Positions 10,018 through 18,235 of a stretch of 64,000 nucleotides of DNA are shown piece by piece. Numbering within the stretch: the first letter of the stretch is position 1; every line of letters starts with the position of its first letter. Source of the stretch: Candidatus Auribacterota bacterium (GTDB lineage Bacteria; Auribacterota; JAFGBW01; JAFGJP01); assembly GCA_023144635.1 (NCBI GenBank), contig JAGLFH010000036.1, positions 2,645 through 66,644 of the forward strand, read 5' to 3'. The position numbers and the translations under genes are program-made. A model generated the notes under the pieces. The model saw only the letters and a list, made by a program, of their open reading frames with translations. It was not told the DNA's origin and searched no databases.

Positions 10018-12792
10018 ATGGATTATAAAGCAACTTTAAATCTTCCTCAAACAAAGTTCCCGATGAAAGCATCTCTTACAAAAAGAGAACCGATGCGCCT
10101 TGATGCATGGAAAACAAATGATCTTTATGGAAAGATCAAAGACGCGTCAAGTTCAAAAAAACATTATATATTGCACGACGGTCCTCCTTATGCTAATGGT
10201 CACATCCACAGCGGTCACGTATTAAATAAAGTATTAAAAGATATTATTGTTAAGTACAAAACTCTAACTGGTCATTTTGTTCCATATGTTCCGGGATGGG
10301 ATTGCCATGGACTTCCGATTGAACTTAGATTATTAAAAGATCTTAAAGCAACTAAGAACGATGTAGATCAGCTGGACTTTCGTAAAAAAGCACATGATTA
10401 TGCATTAAAATGGGTAAATATCCAAAAAGAAGAGTTTCAGAAATTTGGTATTTTCGGAGAGTGGGAAAACCCCTATCTCACAATGGACCCAAATTACGAA
10501 AAATGCATCGTAGAAAGTTTTTATAAAATATATAACAGCGGACATGTTATAAAAGGGAAAAAACCCATTTACTGGTGTTATGATTGTGAAACTGCCCTTG
10601 CTGAAGCTGAAGTTGAATATGATAATTTGAAAGCCCCTTCTATTTATGTAAGGTTCAAGCTAAACCATAACGCAAATGACTTTGGTATAAATTCTGAAAA
10701 ACCTATTAATATAGTTATCTGGACAACAACACCATGGACACTTCCTGCTAATAAAGCAATAGCAGTCCATCCTGACCTTGAGTACATATTTGAAGAACTG
10801 GATCAAGAGATCATTATAATTGCATCTGACCTAAAAACATCCTTTCATAAAACAACTTCTCAAGATGAAGGGAATATCTTAAAAAAAGTTACAGGTAAAG
10901 ATCTTGAAAAAAAGACATATACACATTTTTTCACAAAAGAGGAATTACCGGTCATTTTATCTTCATTTGTTACAACTGAACAGGGAACAGGTTGTGTTCA
11001 CACTGCTCCTGGACACGGACAAGAAGACTTTATTGTAGGCAACAAATACGGGCTCCCCGTTTTTTCTCCTGTAGATGACAAAGGACGTTTTGATAAAACA
11101 TCCAGCGTCTTTGTAGGAGAACACGTTTTTAAAGCTGATTCAAAGATTGTTGAGCTCCTGAAAGAAAAAAATGTACTTGTTTATAATGAATATCTTGACC
11201 ATTCATACCCTCATTGCTGGAGATGTAAAAAACCGGTTCTTTTCCGTGCAACCGATCAATGGTTTATTTCCCTTGAAAAAGAAGGCTTGAAAGAAAAAGC
11301 CCTTGATGGAATAAAGGAAGTCACATGGATACCGGAATCCGGTGAGTCGAGAATAACAGGGATGATCAAAAACCGTCCTGAATGGTGCATATCAAGACAG
11401 CGCCTATGGGGTGTCCCAATACCTGTTTTTTATTGTTCAAATTGTAACGAAGTGGTCATAAATAAAAACATTCAGGAACAGGTGATTGACAAAATTGCTG
11501 CGGAAGGAACTGATATCTGGTTTAAAAAAGATGCTGATTTTTTCATACCTCAAGGCACAAAATGCCCGCATTGCGAAAATGATAAATTCAAAAAAGAAGA
11601 GGATATCCTTGATGTCTGGTTTGATTCAGGAGTAAGCCATCAGGCAGTATTAAAAGAAAATCCTCTGCTCAAATTTCCAGCTGATCTTTATATTGAAGGC
11701 TCTGACCAGCATAGAGGATGGTTCCAATCTGCTCTTCTTACTGCAAAAGCAGTAGGAGACGAAACACCATTTAAAAAGGTACTTACTCATGGTTTTGTTG
11801 TAGATGGCGACGGGTACAAGATGTCAAAATCTCAGGGTAATGTTATTGATCCCCTTAAGCTTATGAATAAATATGGAGCAGACATATTAAGGCTCTGGGT
11901 AGCATCTATGAATTACTTTGTAGACATACGTATTTCTGATGCCATGCTTAATCAGATATCCGATGCATATAGAAAAATAAGAAATACTTTCCGTTTTCTT
12001 CTGGGAAACACATTTGATTTTGATTCAAATATCCATAAAGTCTCATTTGAGAATATGTCAGAAATTGACTTGTACATTCTCTCACGTTATGAAGAATTAT
12101 TAAAAAACTGTTCTGAATATTATGAAAATTTTGAATTTCATAAAGTATACAGGAACGTATATCAATTTTGTACGGTCGATCTCAGTTCATTTTATCTGGA
12201 TATAATGAAAAATAAACTTTATACCGATAACGCTGATTCAGCTAAAAGACGCTCGTCTCAAACAGTAATGACAATTCTTGCAGATGGTCTTTGTAAAATA
12301 CTGAGTCCAATTATCCCTTTCACAACAGACGAAGTTTGGGAATACTTTCAAAAGGAAAAAGACAGCACCAGTATTCATATTACTGATTGGCCTCAAATAG
12401 AGATAAAAAAAGACATGACAAAAATCCTTGAGAAATACCGCATTCTTCTTGAGCTTCGTAACTCTGTTCTTATTCAACTTGAAGAATCAAGGAACAAAAA
12501 AATAATAGGATCTTCTCTTCAAGCAAAAGTGCACCTTTCTGTTGGAGAAGAAAAGATGTATAATTTCCTTAAGGAAATAAGTATTCAGGAATTAAAGGAA
12601 CTCTTTATTGTTTCCGGAGTAGAGATATCAAAGAATGATAAAGAAAAAGAGCTAAATATTCAAGTATCTAATGCAGATGGCTCTAAATGTACAAGATGTT
12701 GGCAATACAGCACAAGCGTAGGAGATGATAAAGAGCATATAGAGATCTGTAAGAATTGTTTAGAAGTTATTAGAAAAAGCAGCAACAGCTAA
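10018..12792 (+). CDS. ileS: Isoleucyl-tRNA synthetase
   Basis: HIGH motif as HIHSGH. KMSKS present. Length 924 aa with C-terminal Cys cluster. Conserved ileS-lspA neighbourhood. Confidence 0.95.
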   Translation: MDYKATLNLPQTKFPMKASLTKREPMRLDAWKTNDLYGKIKDASSSKKHYILHDGPPYANGHIHSGHVLNKVLKDIIVKYKTLTGHFVPYVPGWDCHGLPIELRLLKDLKATKNDVDQLDFRKKAHDYALKWVNIQKEEFQKFGIFGEWENPYLTMDPNYEKCIVESFYKIYNSGHVIKGKKPIYWCYDCETALAEAEVEYDNLKAPSIYVRFKLNHNANDFGINSEKPINIVIWTTTPWTLPANKAIAVHPDLEYIFEELDQEIIIIASDLKTSFHKTTSQDEGNILKKVTGKDLEKKTYTHFFTKEELPVILSSFVTTEQGTGCVHTAPGHGQEDFIVGNKYGLPVFSPVDDKGRFDKTSSVFVGEHVFKADSKIVELLKEKNVLVYNEYLDHSYPHCWRCKKPVLFRATDQWFISLEKEGLKEKALDGIKEVTWIPESGESRITGMIKNRPEWCISRQRLWGVPIPVFYCSNCNEVVINKNIQEQVIDKIAAEGTDIWFKKDADFFIPQGTKCPHCENDKFKKEEDILDVWFDSGVSHQAVLKENPLLKFPADLYIEGSDQHRGWFQSALLTAKAVGDETPFKKVLTHGFVVDGDGYKMSKSQGNVIDPLKLMNKYGADILRLWVASMNYFVDIRISDAMLNQISDAYRKIRNTFRFLLGNTFDFDSNIHKVSFENMSEIDLYILSRYEELLKNCSEYYENFEFHKVYRNVYQFCTVDLSSFYLDIMKNKLYTDNADSAKRRSSQTVMTILADGLCKILSPIIPFTTDEVWEYFQKEKDSTSIHITDWPQIEIKKDMTKILEKYRILLELRNSVLIQLEESRNKKIIGSSLQAKVHLSVGEEKMYNFLKEISIQELKELFIVSGVEISKNDKEKELNIQVSNADGSKCTRCWQYSTSVGDDKEHIEICKNCLEVIRKSSNS

Positions 12793-12893
12793 CCTGCATT
12801 TTTCACAAATTGTTGTAAGAGACGAAAGAAGTAACTGCATCTTACAGTTGATAATTTGCGAGAAATACGGGATAAATATCAGGGAGGTTATTA

Positions 12894-13271
12894 ATGAACA
12901 AGACTGAAGTAGAACAATACAAACAAAAGCTTATTGTGCTTAAAGAAAAAGTGGCAGGTGTGTTAGAAAATATTACCAGAGATAATCTGAATTCTGAAAT
13001 GAGAGATATTTCAGGAGATCTTTCTGGTTATTCAATGCACATGGCTGATGTAGGAACAGAAAACTTTGATCGTGAAGTATCATTAAACATAGCCGGACAC
13101 GAAAATGAAATAGTTCATCAAATTGACATGGCTATAGAGCGCATAGATGAAAAAAAGTTCGGTCTTTGTGAAATGTGTTCAGAATATATATCTTCAAAAC
13201 GTCTCGATGCTATACCTTATGCTCTAAACTGTATAAAGTGTGAGTCAGAACTTGAAAAAGAACGATCTTAA
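12894..13271 (+). CDS. DksA/TraR-family C4 zinc-finger protein
   Basis: C-terminal CEMCSEYI...x17...CIKC. Coiled-coil N-terminus. Confidence 0.75.
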   Translation: MNKTEVEQYKQKLIVLKEKVAGVLENITRDNLNSEMRDISGDLSGYSMHMADVGTENFDREVSLNIAGHENEIVHQIDMAIERIDEKKFGLCEMCSEYISSKRLDAIPYALNCIKCESELEKERS

Positions 13272-13755
13272 ACATTTTATCTTAATAGTTTTTCTTTTCT
13301 TTTCTGACAGAATATCTAAATATTTTTTTAATGCCTATATGTCTCCGGGAGAAAGCATCTCCTTATGGAAAGAAACTCTACTTTTAACTCTTGTATATAA
13401 TAAAGGAGCCGCCTTCGGAACAATGCAGGAAAACGGATGGCTCCCTGCTTTTATTTCAATTATTGTTTTATTTCCTTTGCTTTATATTTTCTTTAAGACC
13501 CCATTAAAAGATAGTTTAACCAGGCTTGGATTATCTTTTATAATATCAGGTGCACTTGGTAATATTTACGATAGGATCGTATACGGCTACGTTATAGATT
13601 TTATAGATATAGATATACCTGACATTATAAAAACTTTACCACGATGGCCTGTTTTTAATTTTGCAGATAGTTGTATAACGATAGGAATGATACTTGTGAT
13701 TATTAAGATACTCTTTAACCAAAAGGAATCTGTTGATGCACCCAATAGCATTTAA
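13240..13755 (+). CDS. lspA: Lipoprotein signal peptidase II
   Basis: Motifs NKGAAFG, DRIVYGYVIDFID and FNFADS. GTG start overlaps the preceding gene by about 30 nt, so the exact start is uncertain. Confidence 0.88.
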   Translation: MSQNLKKNDLKHFILIVFLFFSDRISKYFFNAYMSPGESISLWKETLLLTLVYNKGAAFGTMQENGWLPAFISIIVLFPLLYIFFKTPLKDSLTRLGLSFIISGALGNIYDRIVYGYVIDFIDIDIPDIIKTLPRWPVFNFADSCITIGMILVIIKILFNQKESVDAPNSI

Positions 13756-14539
13756 AATTTTAGGTTTAAATATTTATTCTTATGGATTATTTATGGCAAT
13801 AGGAATACTTACATCCGTTTGGATAGCTTCTACTATAGGTAAAAGGGAAAATCTTGCAACAGATACGGTTTATGATTTTTGTTTTATTATAGTTATTTTT
13901 GCTTTACTTGGTTCAAGAATATTATATGTGATAGTAAATCTGAAATATTTTATAAATAATCCTGTTGAAGTATTATTTTTGAATAGGGGAGGGTTTATTT
14001 ATTATGGGGGCTTTATTGGCGGCTTCGCAGCAGCTATCTTTTACTTAAAAAAGAATAAGCTTCCTCTTTGGGGAATGGGAGATATCATCTGCTGCGTGCT
14101 TCCTCTTGGACAGGCCTTTGGTAGATTAGGTTGCTTTTTAAATGGATGCTGCTTTGGAAAACCGGGACTTTATCACTGGTGCGTTCAATTCAGATCAGGT
14201 CTTCCATTCGAGCACTATCAAGAATTTGTACCGATTCACCCTGTTCAGCTTTATAATGCTGCTTTAAATTTTATCATCTTTCTTGTACTTTATTTTATAT
14301 TTGAAGATAAAAAGTTTAACGGACTTATTATAGTTTTATACGGCGTGCTTTATTCTTTTTCACGGTTTATAACAGAATTTTACCGCGGCGATGTACCTTT
14401 GTTAGGGTCTTTTACACTTGCTCAGTGGACAAGCATTATAATTTTTATTCTTTCAATTTTTCTATATCAGCATTTATCTCAAAAATATCAGAAACATCTG
14501 GAAATCTCTGAGCCGCATATTTCTAAAGAACCAAAGTAA
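13736..14539 (+). CDS. lgt: Prolipoprotein diacylglyceryl transferase
   Basis: Lgt signature GGFIYYGGFIGG. Multi-pass membrane protein. ATG at 13736; the ORF track started at TTG 13733. Confidence 0.9.
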   Translation: MHPIAFKILGLNIYSYGLFMAIGILTSVWIASTIGKRENLATDTVYDFCFIIVIFALLGSRILYVIVNLKYFINNPVEVLFLNRGGFIYYGGFIGGFAAAIFYLKKNKLPLWGMGDIICCVLPLGQAFGRLGCFLNGCCFGKPGLYHWCVQFRSGLPFEHYQEFVPIHPVQLYNAALNFIIFLVLYFIFEDKKFNGLIIVLYGVLYSFSRFITEFYRGDVPLLGSFTLAQWTSIIIFILSIFLYQHLSQKYQKHLEISEPHISKEPK

Positions 14540-14588
14540 AAATAGTCCATAGAAAATATAAGAAGAAAGTAGGAAGTAATAAATATGT

Positions 14589-14712
14589 AGGGGAGGGGCT
14601 TGCCTCCTCCCGTGCAAAACCATAAACATTTTCCTTTCACCTGGATCCCGCGGTTTAACCGCGGGATGACGACTTTTTACTTTTTTTCAAGGGCGGTTCG
14701 TGAACCGCCCCT
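14589..14712. repeat. Cluster of three GC-rich hairpins after lgt, including REP-like copy 2 at 14643..14673
   Basis: gggagg..cctccc hairpin. GGATCCCGCGGtttaaCCGCGGGATGACGAC. GGGCGGttcgtgaaCCGCCC. Probably serves as the terminator region. Confidence 0.6.
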
Positions 14713-14783
14713 ACTAATTCATTACATAACATTTTCTAATTTTTCATTTTAAATTTTAAGATTGTAATGTAGTATAAATACTA

Positions 14784-15746
14784 ATGAAAACCACAAATAA
14801 ACGTATCCTTATCTCTCTTGAGAACAAAGGAAAAAGGCTGGATTCGTTTTTAGCCGAGCACCTTAGATTAAGTCGTTCATTTATTCAAAAAGAAATATCT
14901 AAAAAAAACATTCTTATTAACGGACATTTTCAAAGATCTCATTATCTTTTGAAAGAATCTGATGAAATACACGTTTCTTTTTTTGAAGAAGAAAAAGACT
15001 TGTCCATAGTACCTGTTCCTATGGACATAAAAATCATTTATGAAGATGATGAAATTATTATAATCAATAAAGATGCCGGAATTTCTGTCCATCCGGGTGC
15101 AGGGACAAAAGAAGACACGCTTGCAGCCGGCCTTCTTCATTATACGAAACATCTATCAAACCTTCCTGATAAAACCAGAAGAGGCATTGTACATCGTCTT
15201 GATAAAGACACATCTGGATGTATGGTAATCGCAAAAACAGATGAAGCATTTCTTAATCTTAAAGAACAATTCTTAAAACGAACGATAAAAAAAACTTATC
15301 TGGCAATTATTTACGGCAAACTTGAAAGACCACATTTAAAAGTAGATCTTCCAATAGGACGACATCCTGTAAACAGACAAAAAATGAGTGTTCATTCTTT
15401 AAAAAAAAGCAGAGCATCACTAACAGAACTGTTTCATATTGAGAACTTGGGAAGGTTTTCACTTGTAAAAGCTAAACCAATGACAGGCCGCACTCATCAA
15501 ATAAGAGTTCATCTTTGCGCTATAAAGCATCCCATATTAGGTGATAAAAAGTATTCCCGAGGCAGAAACCTGCCGATAAATATAGAAAAACCTGTTAGAA
15601 TGATGCTTCATGCTGTAAAGCTATCAATACAGCACCCAAAAAACTGTAATAAAATAGACTTCGAAGCACCACTAGCAAATGATTTTAAAGAAACACTAGA
15701 ATCCCTTAAGCTACATAAAGACAACATGTTACATGAATATAAGTAA
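14784..15746 (+). CDS. RluA/RluD-family 23S rRNA pseudouridine synthase
   Basis: N-terminal S4-like domain. Catalytic motif HRLDKDTSG. IIINKDAGISVHPG. Confidence 0.88.
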   Translation: MKTTNKRILISLENKGKRLDSFLAEHLRLSRSFIQKEISKKNILINGHFQRSHYLLKESDEIHVSFFEEEKDLSIVPVPMDIKIIYEDDEIIIINKDAGISVHPGAGTKEDTLAAGLLHYTKHLSNLPDKTRRGIVHRLDKDTSGCMVIAKTDEAFLNLKEQFLKRTIKKTYLAIIYGKLERPHLKVDLPIGRHPVNRQKMSVHSLKKSRASLTELFHIENLGRFSLVKAKPMTGRTHQIRVHLCAIKHPILGDKKYSRGRNLPINIEKPVRMMLHAVKLSIQHPKNCNKIDFEAPLANDFKETLESLKLHKDNMLHEYK

Positions 15747-15767
15747 TTTTTTGCTGCTGTTTTCAAA

Positions 15768-15796
15768 TTGACAACTATGTAATATAATGTTATAAT
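15768..15796 (+). promoter_or_regulatory. Consensus sigma70 promoter for the pilin operon
   Basis: TTGACA at 15768-15773, 17-nt spacer, TATAAT at 15791-15796, only about 10 nt before the ATG at 15807. This implies a very short or leaderless mRNA with no SD. Confidence 0.45.
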
Positions 15797-15806
15797 ATAA
15801 TATACA

Positions 15807-16307
15807 ATGCGCCCTAAAAAAAACAAAGGATATACTTTTATTGAACTAATCATGGTAATGGTCATTATTGGGATCATTTCTGTGGTTTCTGTAACCCGTA
15901 TTATTGAAAGCTCAACCTTGTCCTTTGGGATAAACCTTGCAACAATAAAAGATCATATAAGGTTTGCTGCAGATTACGCTCTTTCAAGAAGCGTAACAAC
16001 AGTTGTTTCCTTTGATGTAGCTAACAACCGATACTCGATTTTTAAAGAAGATCTTTCGGGACGCACCCTTTTAATAAATCCTGAGACCAATTCAGATTTT
16101 GTTATTCAACTGGGTGATGCAAATTTTGATGGTGTAATCCTTACGAATATAGATGTTAATAGTACAAATGAAATAAAATTTTATTCCTATGGTGTACCTT
16201 TTGATGCTAATGATATAAAAATAAGCTCACAAGCTTTCCTTGAAATAAATTCACAAAATGCTATCACTATTTATCCTGTAAGCGGTTATTGTTCGGTGCT
16301 GAAATGA
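15807..16307 (+). CDS. Prepilin-type minor pilin or pseudopilin
   Basis: N-terminal KGYTFIELIMVMVIIGII, the class III prepilin cleavage/methylation motif G/FT.IE followed by a hydrophobic helix. Confidence 0.8.
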   Translation: MRPKKNKGYTFIELIMVMVIIGIISVVSVTRIIESSTLSFGINLATIKDHIRFAADYALSRSVTTVVSFDVANNRYSIFKEDLSGRTLLINPETNSDFVIQLGDANFDGVILTNIDVNSTNEIKFYSYGVPFDANDIKISSQAFLEINSQNAITIYPVSGYCSVLK

Positions 16308-16834
16308 GAAAGAATAAAAAAAACATTAGAGGATTCACTCTTCCTGAAATAATTATGACTATTACTATTGGTACAATAATTATACCTCCTATAATCATTA
16401 TGCTGCTTGTCGCACTAAGAGCTCCAGTTGTAATATCAGGAGCTATCAAAGGAAATTCTCTTGCAAGTGACCTTATGGAAGAGATACTTTCAAAAAGATG
16501 GGATGAAGCATCTACAGGAACAGGCCCTATTGCTGATGGTATTAAAACACTTCCTGTTGATCTTGGATTAGAGGCAGGAGAGACCAGAATTAATTTCAAT
16601 GATATTGATGACTTTAATAATTATTCTGAAACACCGCCTCAAAATGCACAGGGAATCATAATAACTGATTTTTCCGACTACACGCGAAAGGTTGAGATCT
16701 TTTATGTCGAGGGAGGAAACTCTGAAGATTATGATACCGAACTTTCAAATGTTTCAAATTTTAAAAAAATCCTTATAACAGTAACAGGGCCAAACAGCAC
16801 AAACAGATTAGAAGCTATTACGTCAAACAGATAG
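16304..16834 (+). CDS. Prepilin-type minor pilin or pseudopilin
   Basis: RGFTLPEIIMTITIG N-terminus. ATGA start/stop overlap with the upstream gene. The ORF track began at an upstream TTG. Confidence 0.75.
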   Translation: MRKNKKNIRGFTLPEIIMTITIGTIIIPPIIIMLLVALRAPVVISGAIKGNSLASDLMEEILSKRWDEASTGTGPIADGIKTLPVDLGLEAGETRINFNDIDDFNNYSETPPQNAQGIIITDFSDYTRKVEIFYVEGGNSEDYDTELSNVSNFKKILITVTGPNSTNRLEAITSNR

Positions 16835-16875
16835 TAATTTAATTAAAAAATATTAAGAAAAATGTTGTTAAATCT

Positions 16876-17397
16876 ATGAAATATAAGAGAAAAAAAACTG
16901 ACTATTACAAAAAAGGCTACACATTAGTAGAAGTAACTATGTCTATTATGTTAATGGGTATTATTGCAAGTATTTTTGTATCAACAATTGTTGAAGGAGC
17001 AAGAACATATGTGTTTATTGAATCCCAAGCAGAAGCTGCAAATACAGCAAAGTTCTCTTTAAAAAGAATTTTAAGAGACTGCAGAAACGCTACTGTAATA
17101 TCTTCTGCCGATTCAACAAGCATAACATTTACAAATGCTTTTTCAGAAGACATGCAATTTGTTCTTTCCGGTAATGTACTTAACATAAGCGATGATAATG
17201 GTACAAACTTCTACCCTCTTGCAGAAAACGTACAATCTCTTTCTTTTTCTTATTATGATAATTTAAATAATTCTCTTGCTACACCTGTTGCAGACCCTAG
17301 TGAAATAATGTCTATCAGTATTGAACTTAAGACACAGAAGAACAATATATCTTTCCCTGTTAAAGGAAAGATATATTTAAGGATAAAGCCAAAATGA
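16876..17397 (+). CDS. Prepilin-type minor pilin or pseudopilin
   Basis: KGYTLVEVTMSIMLMGII N-terminus. Confidence 0.75.
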   Translation: MKYKRKKTDYYKKGYTLVEVTMSIMLMGIIASIFVSTIVEGARTYVFIESQAEAANTAKFSLKRILRDCRNATVISSADSTSITFTNAFSEDMQFVLSGNVLNISDDNGTNFYPLAENVQSLSFSYYDNLNNSLATPVADPSEIMSISIELKTQKNNISFPVKGKIYLRIKPK

Positions 17398-18233
17398 GAA
17401 TTAAAGCCGGAAGAAGTAATGGTATGACATTTGTAACAGCAGTTTTCACACTGCTTCTTTTCTCCGTTCTTGCCGGAGCCTTTGCATCACTTATCAAACG
17501 TCAATCAGTAAGCTCTGTAGAGTTTACTATGGATGAAGAACTCTTCTTTGCTGCAGATTCTGGAATTGAGATGTCAATCAACTGGCTTTATCAGGATGAC
17601 CCTACAACACTTGCTTGGTGGGACAATGCAGACCCAGCGAATAGAAGCCGTCTTTTACCAAATTATCAGGATATACCCCTTAAAGATAGCTTAATAGATA
17701 TAACATCACAATATGCAGCTACTAATCTTATAAGTGATATCGGGGTCGGCGAAACTTCAATTGAAGTAAACTCTACTACTGATTTTCCTGCAAACGGGGT
17801 TATTCTTATAAATACCGAGTGGATTCAGTATTTTGCAAAGACAGATACTGAGTTTTTAGGCTGTATAAGAGGATATAGCGTAAGTGATCCTGACACGCAC
17901 TCATCATCTACATATGTTTATCCTGCATGTGATCTCTCTGCTAATATAACAAGCACTGATACAACAATACCCGTCACAACAACGACAAAATTTCTTCCGC
18001 AAGGAACAATTTTTATAGGGAATGAAGCCATAAAATATAATTCAAAAGACTCTACGAATTTTCTGGAATGCAGTAGAGGAAGCTTTGATACAACACCACT
18101 TCCCCACCCGCAAAGCGAAAAAGTGTTTCCTGCTCCTTTTGAAATATACATCACATCAACTGCAAAAAAAAATTCTCGAGAAATAACAGTAGAAGCACTT
18201 TTGCAATACCAATACGGATCTAAATGGGAATAA
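17394..18233 (+). CDS. PilX-like minor pilin (pilin-like helix without the Glu at +5)
   Basis: SNGMTFVTAVFTLLLFSVLAGA N-terminus. ATGA overlap with the upstream gene. Position within the minor-pilin operon. Confidence 0.5.
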   Translation: MRIKAGRSNGMTFVTAVFTLLLFSVLAGAFASLIKRQSVSSVEFTMDEELFFAADSGIEMSINWLYQDDPTTLAWWDNADPANRSRLLPNYQDIPLKDSLIDITSQYAATNLISDIGVGETSIEVNSTTDFPANGVILINTEWIQYFAKTDTEFLGCIRGYSVSDPDTHSSSTYVYPACDLSANITSTDTTIPVTTTTKFLPQGTIFIGNEAIKYNSKDSTNFLECSRGSFDTTPLPHPQSEKVFPAPFEIYITSTAKKNSREITVEALLQYQYGSKWE

Positions 18234-18235
18234 TT

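Noticed and set aside
16267-16599. 110-aa minus-strand ORF inside the pilin operon
   Set aside because: It is antisense to a pilin gene that has a clear prepilin motif. No SD.
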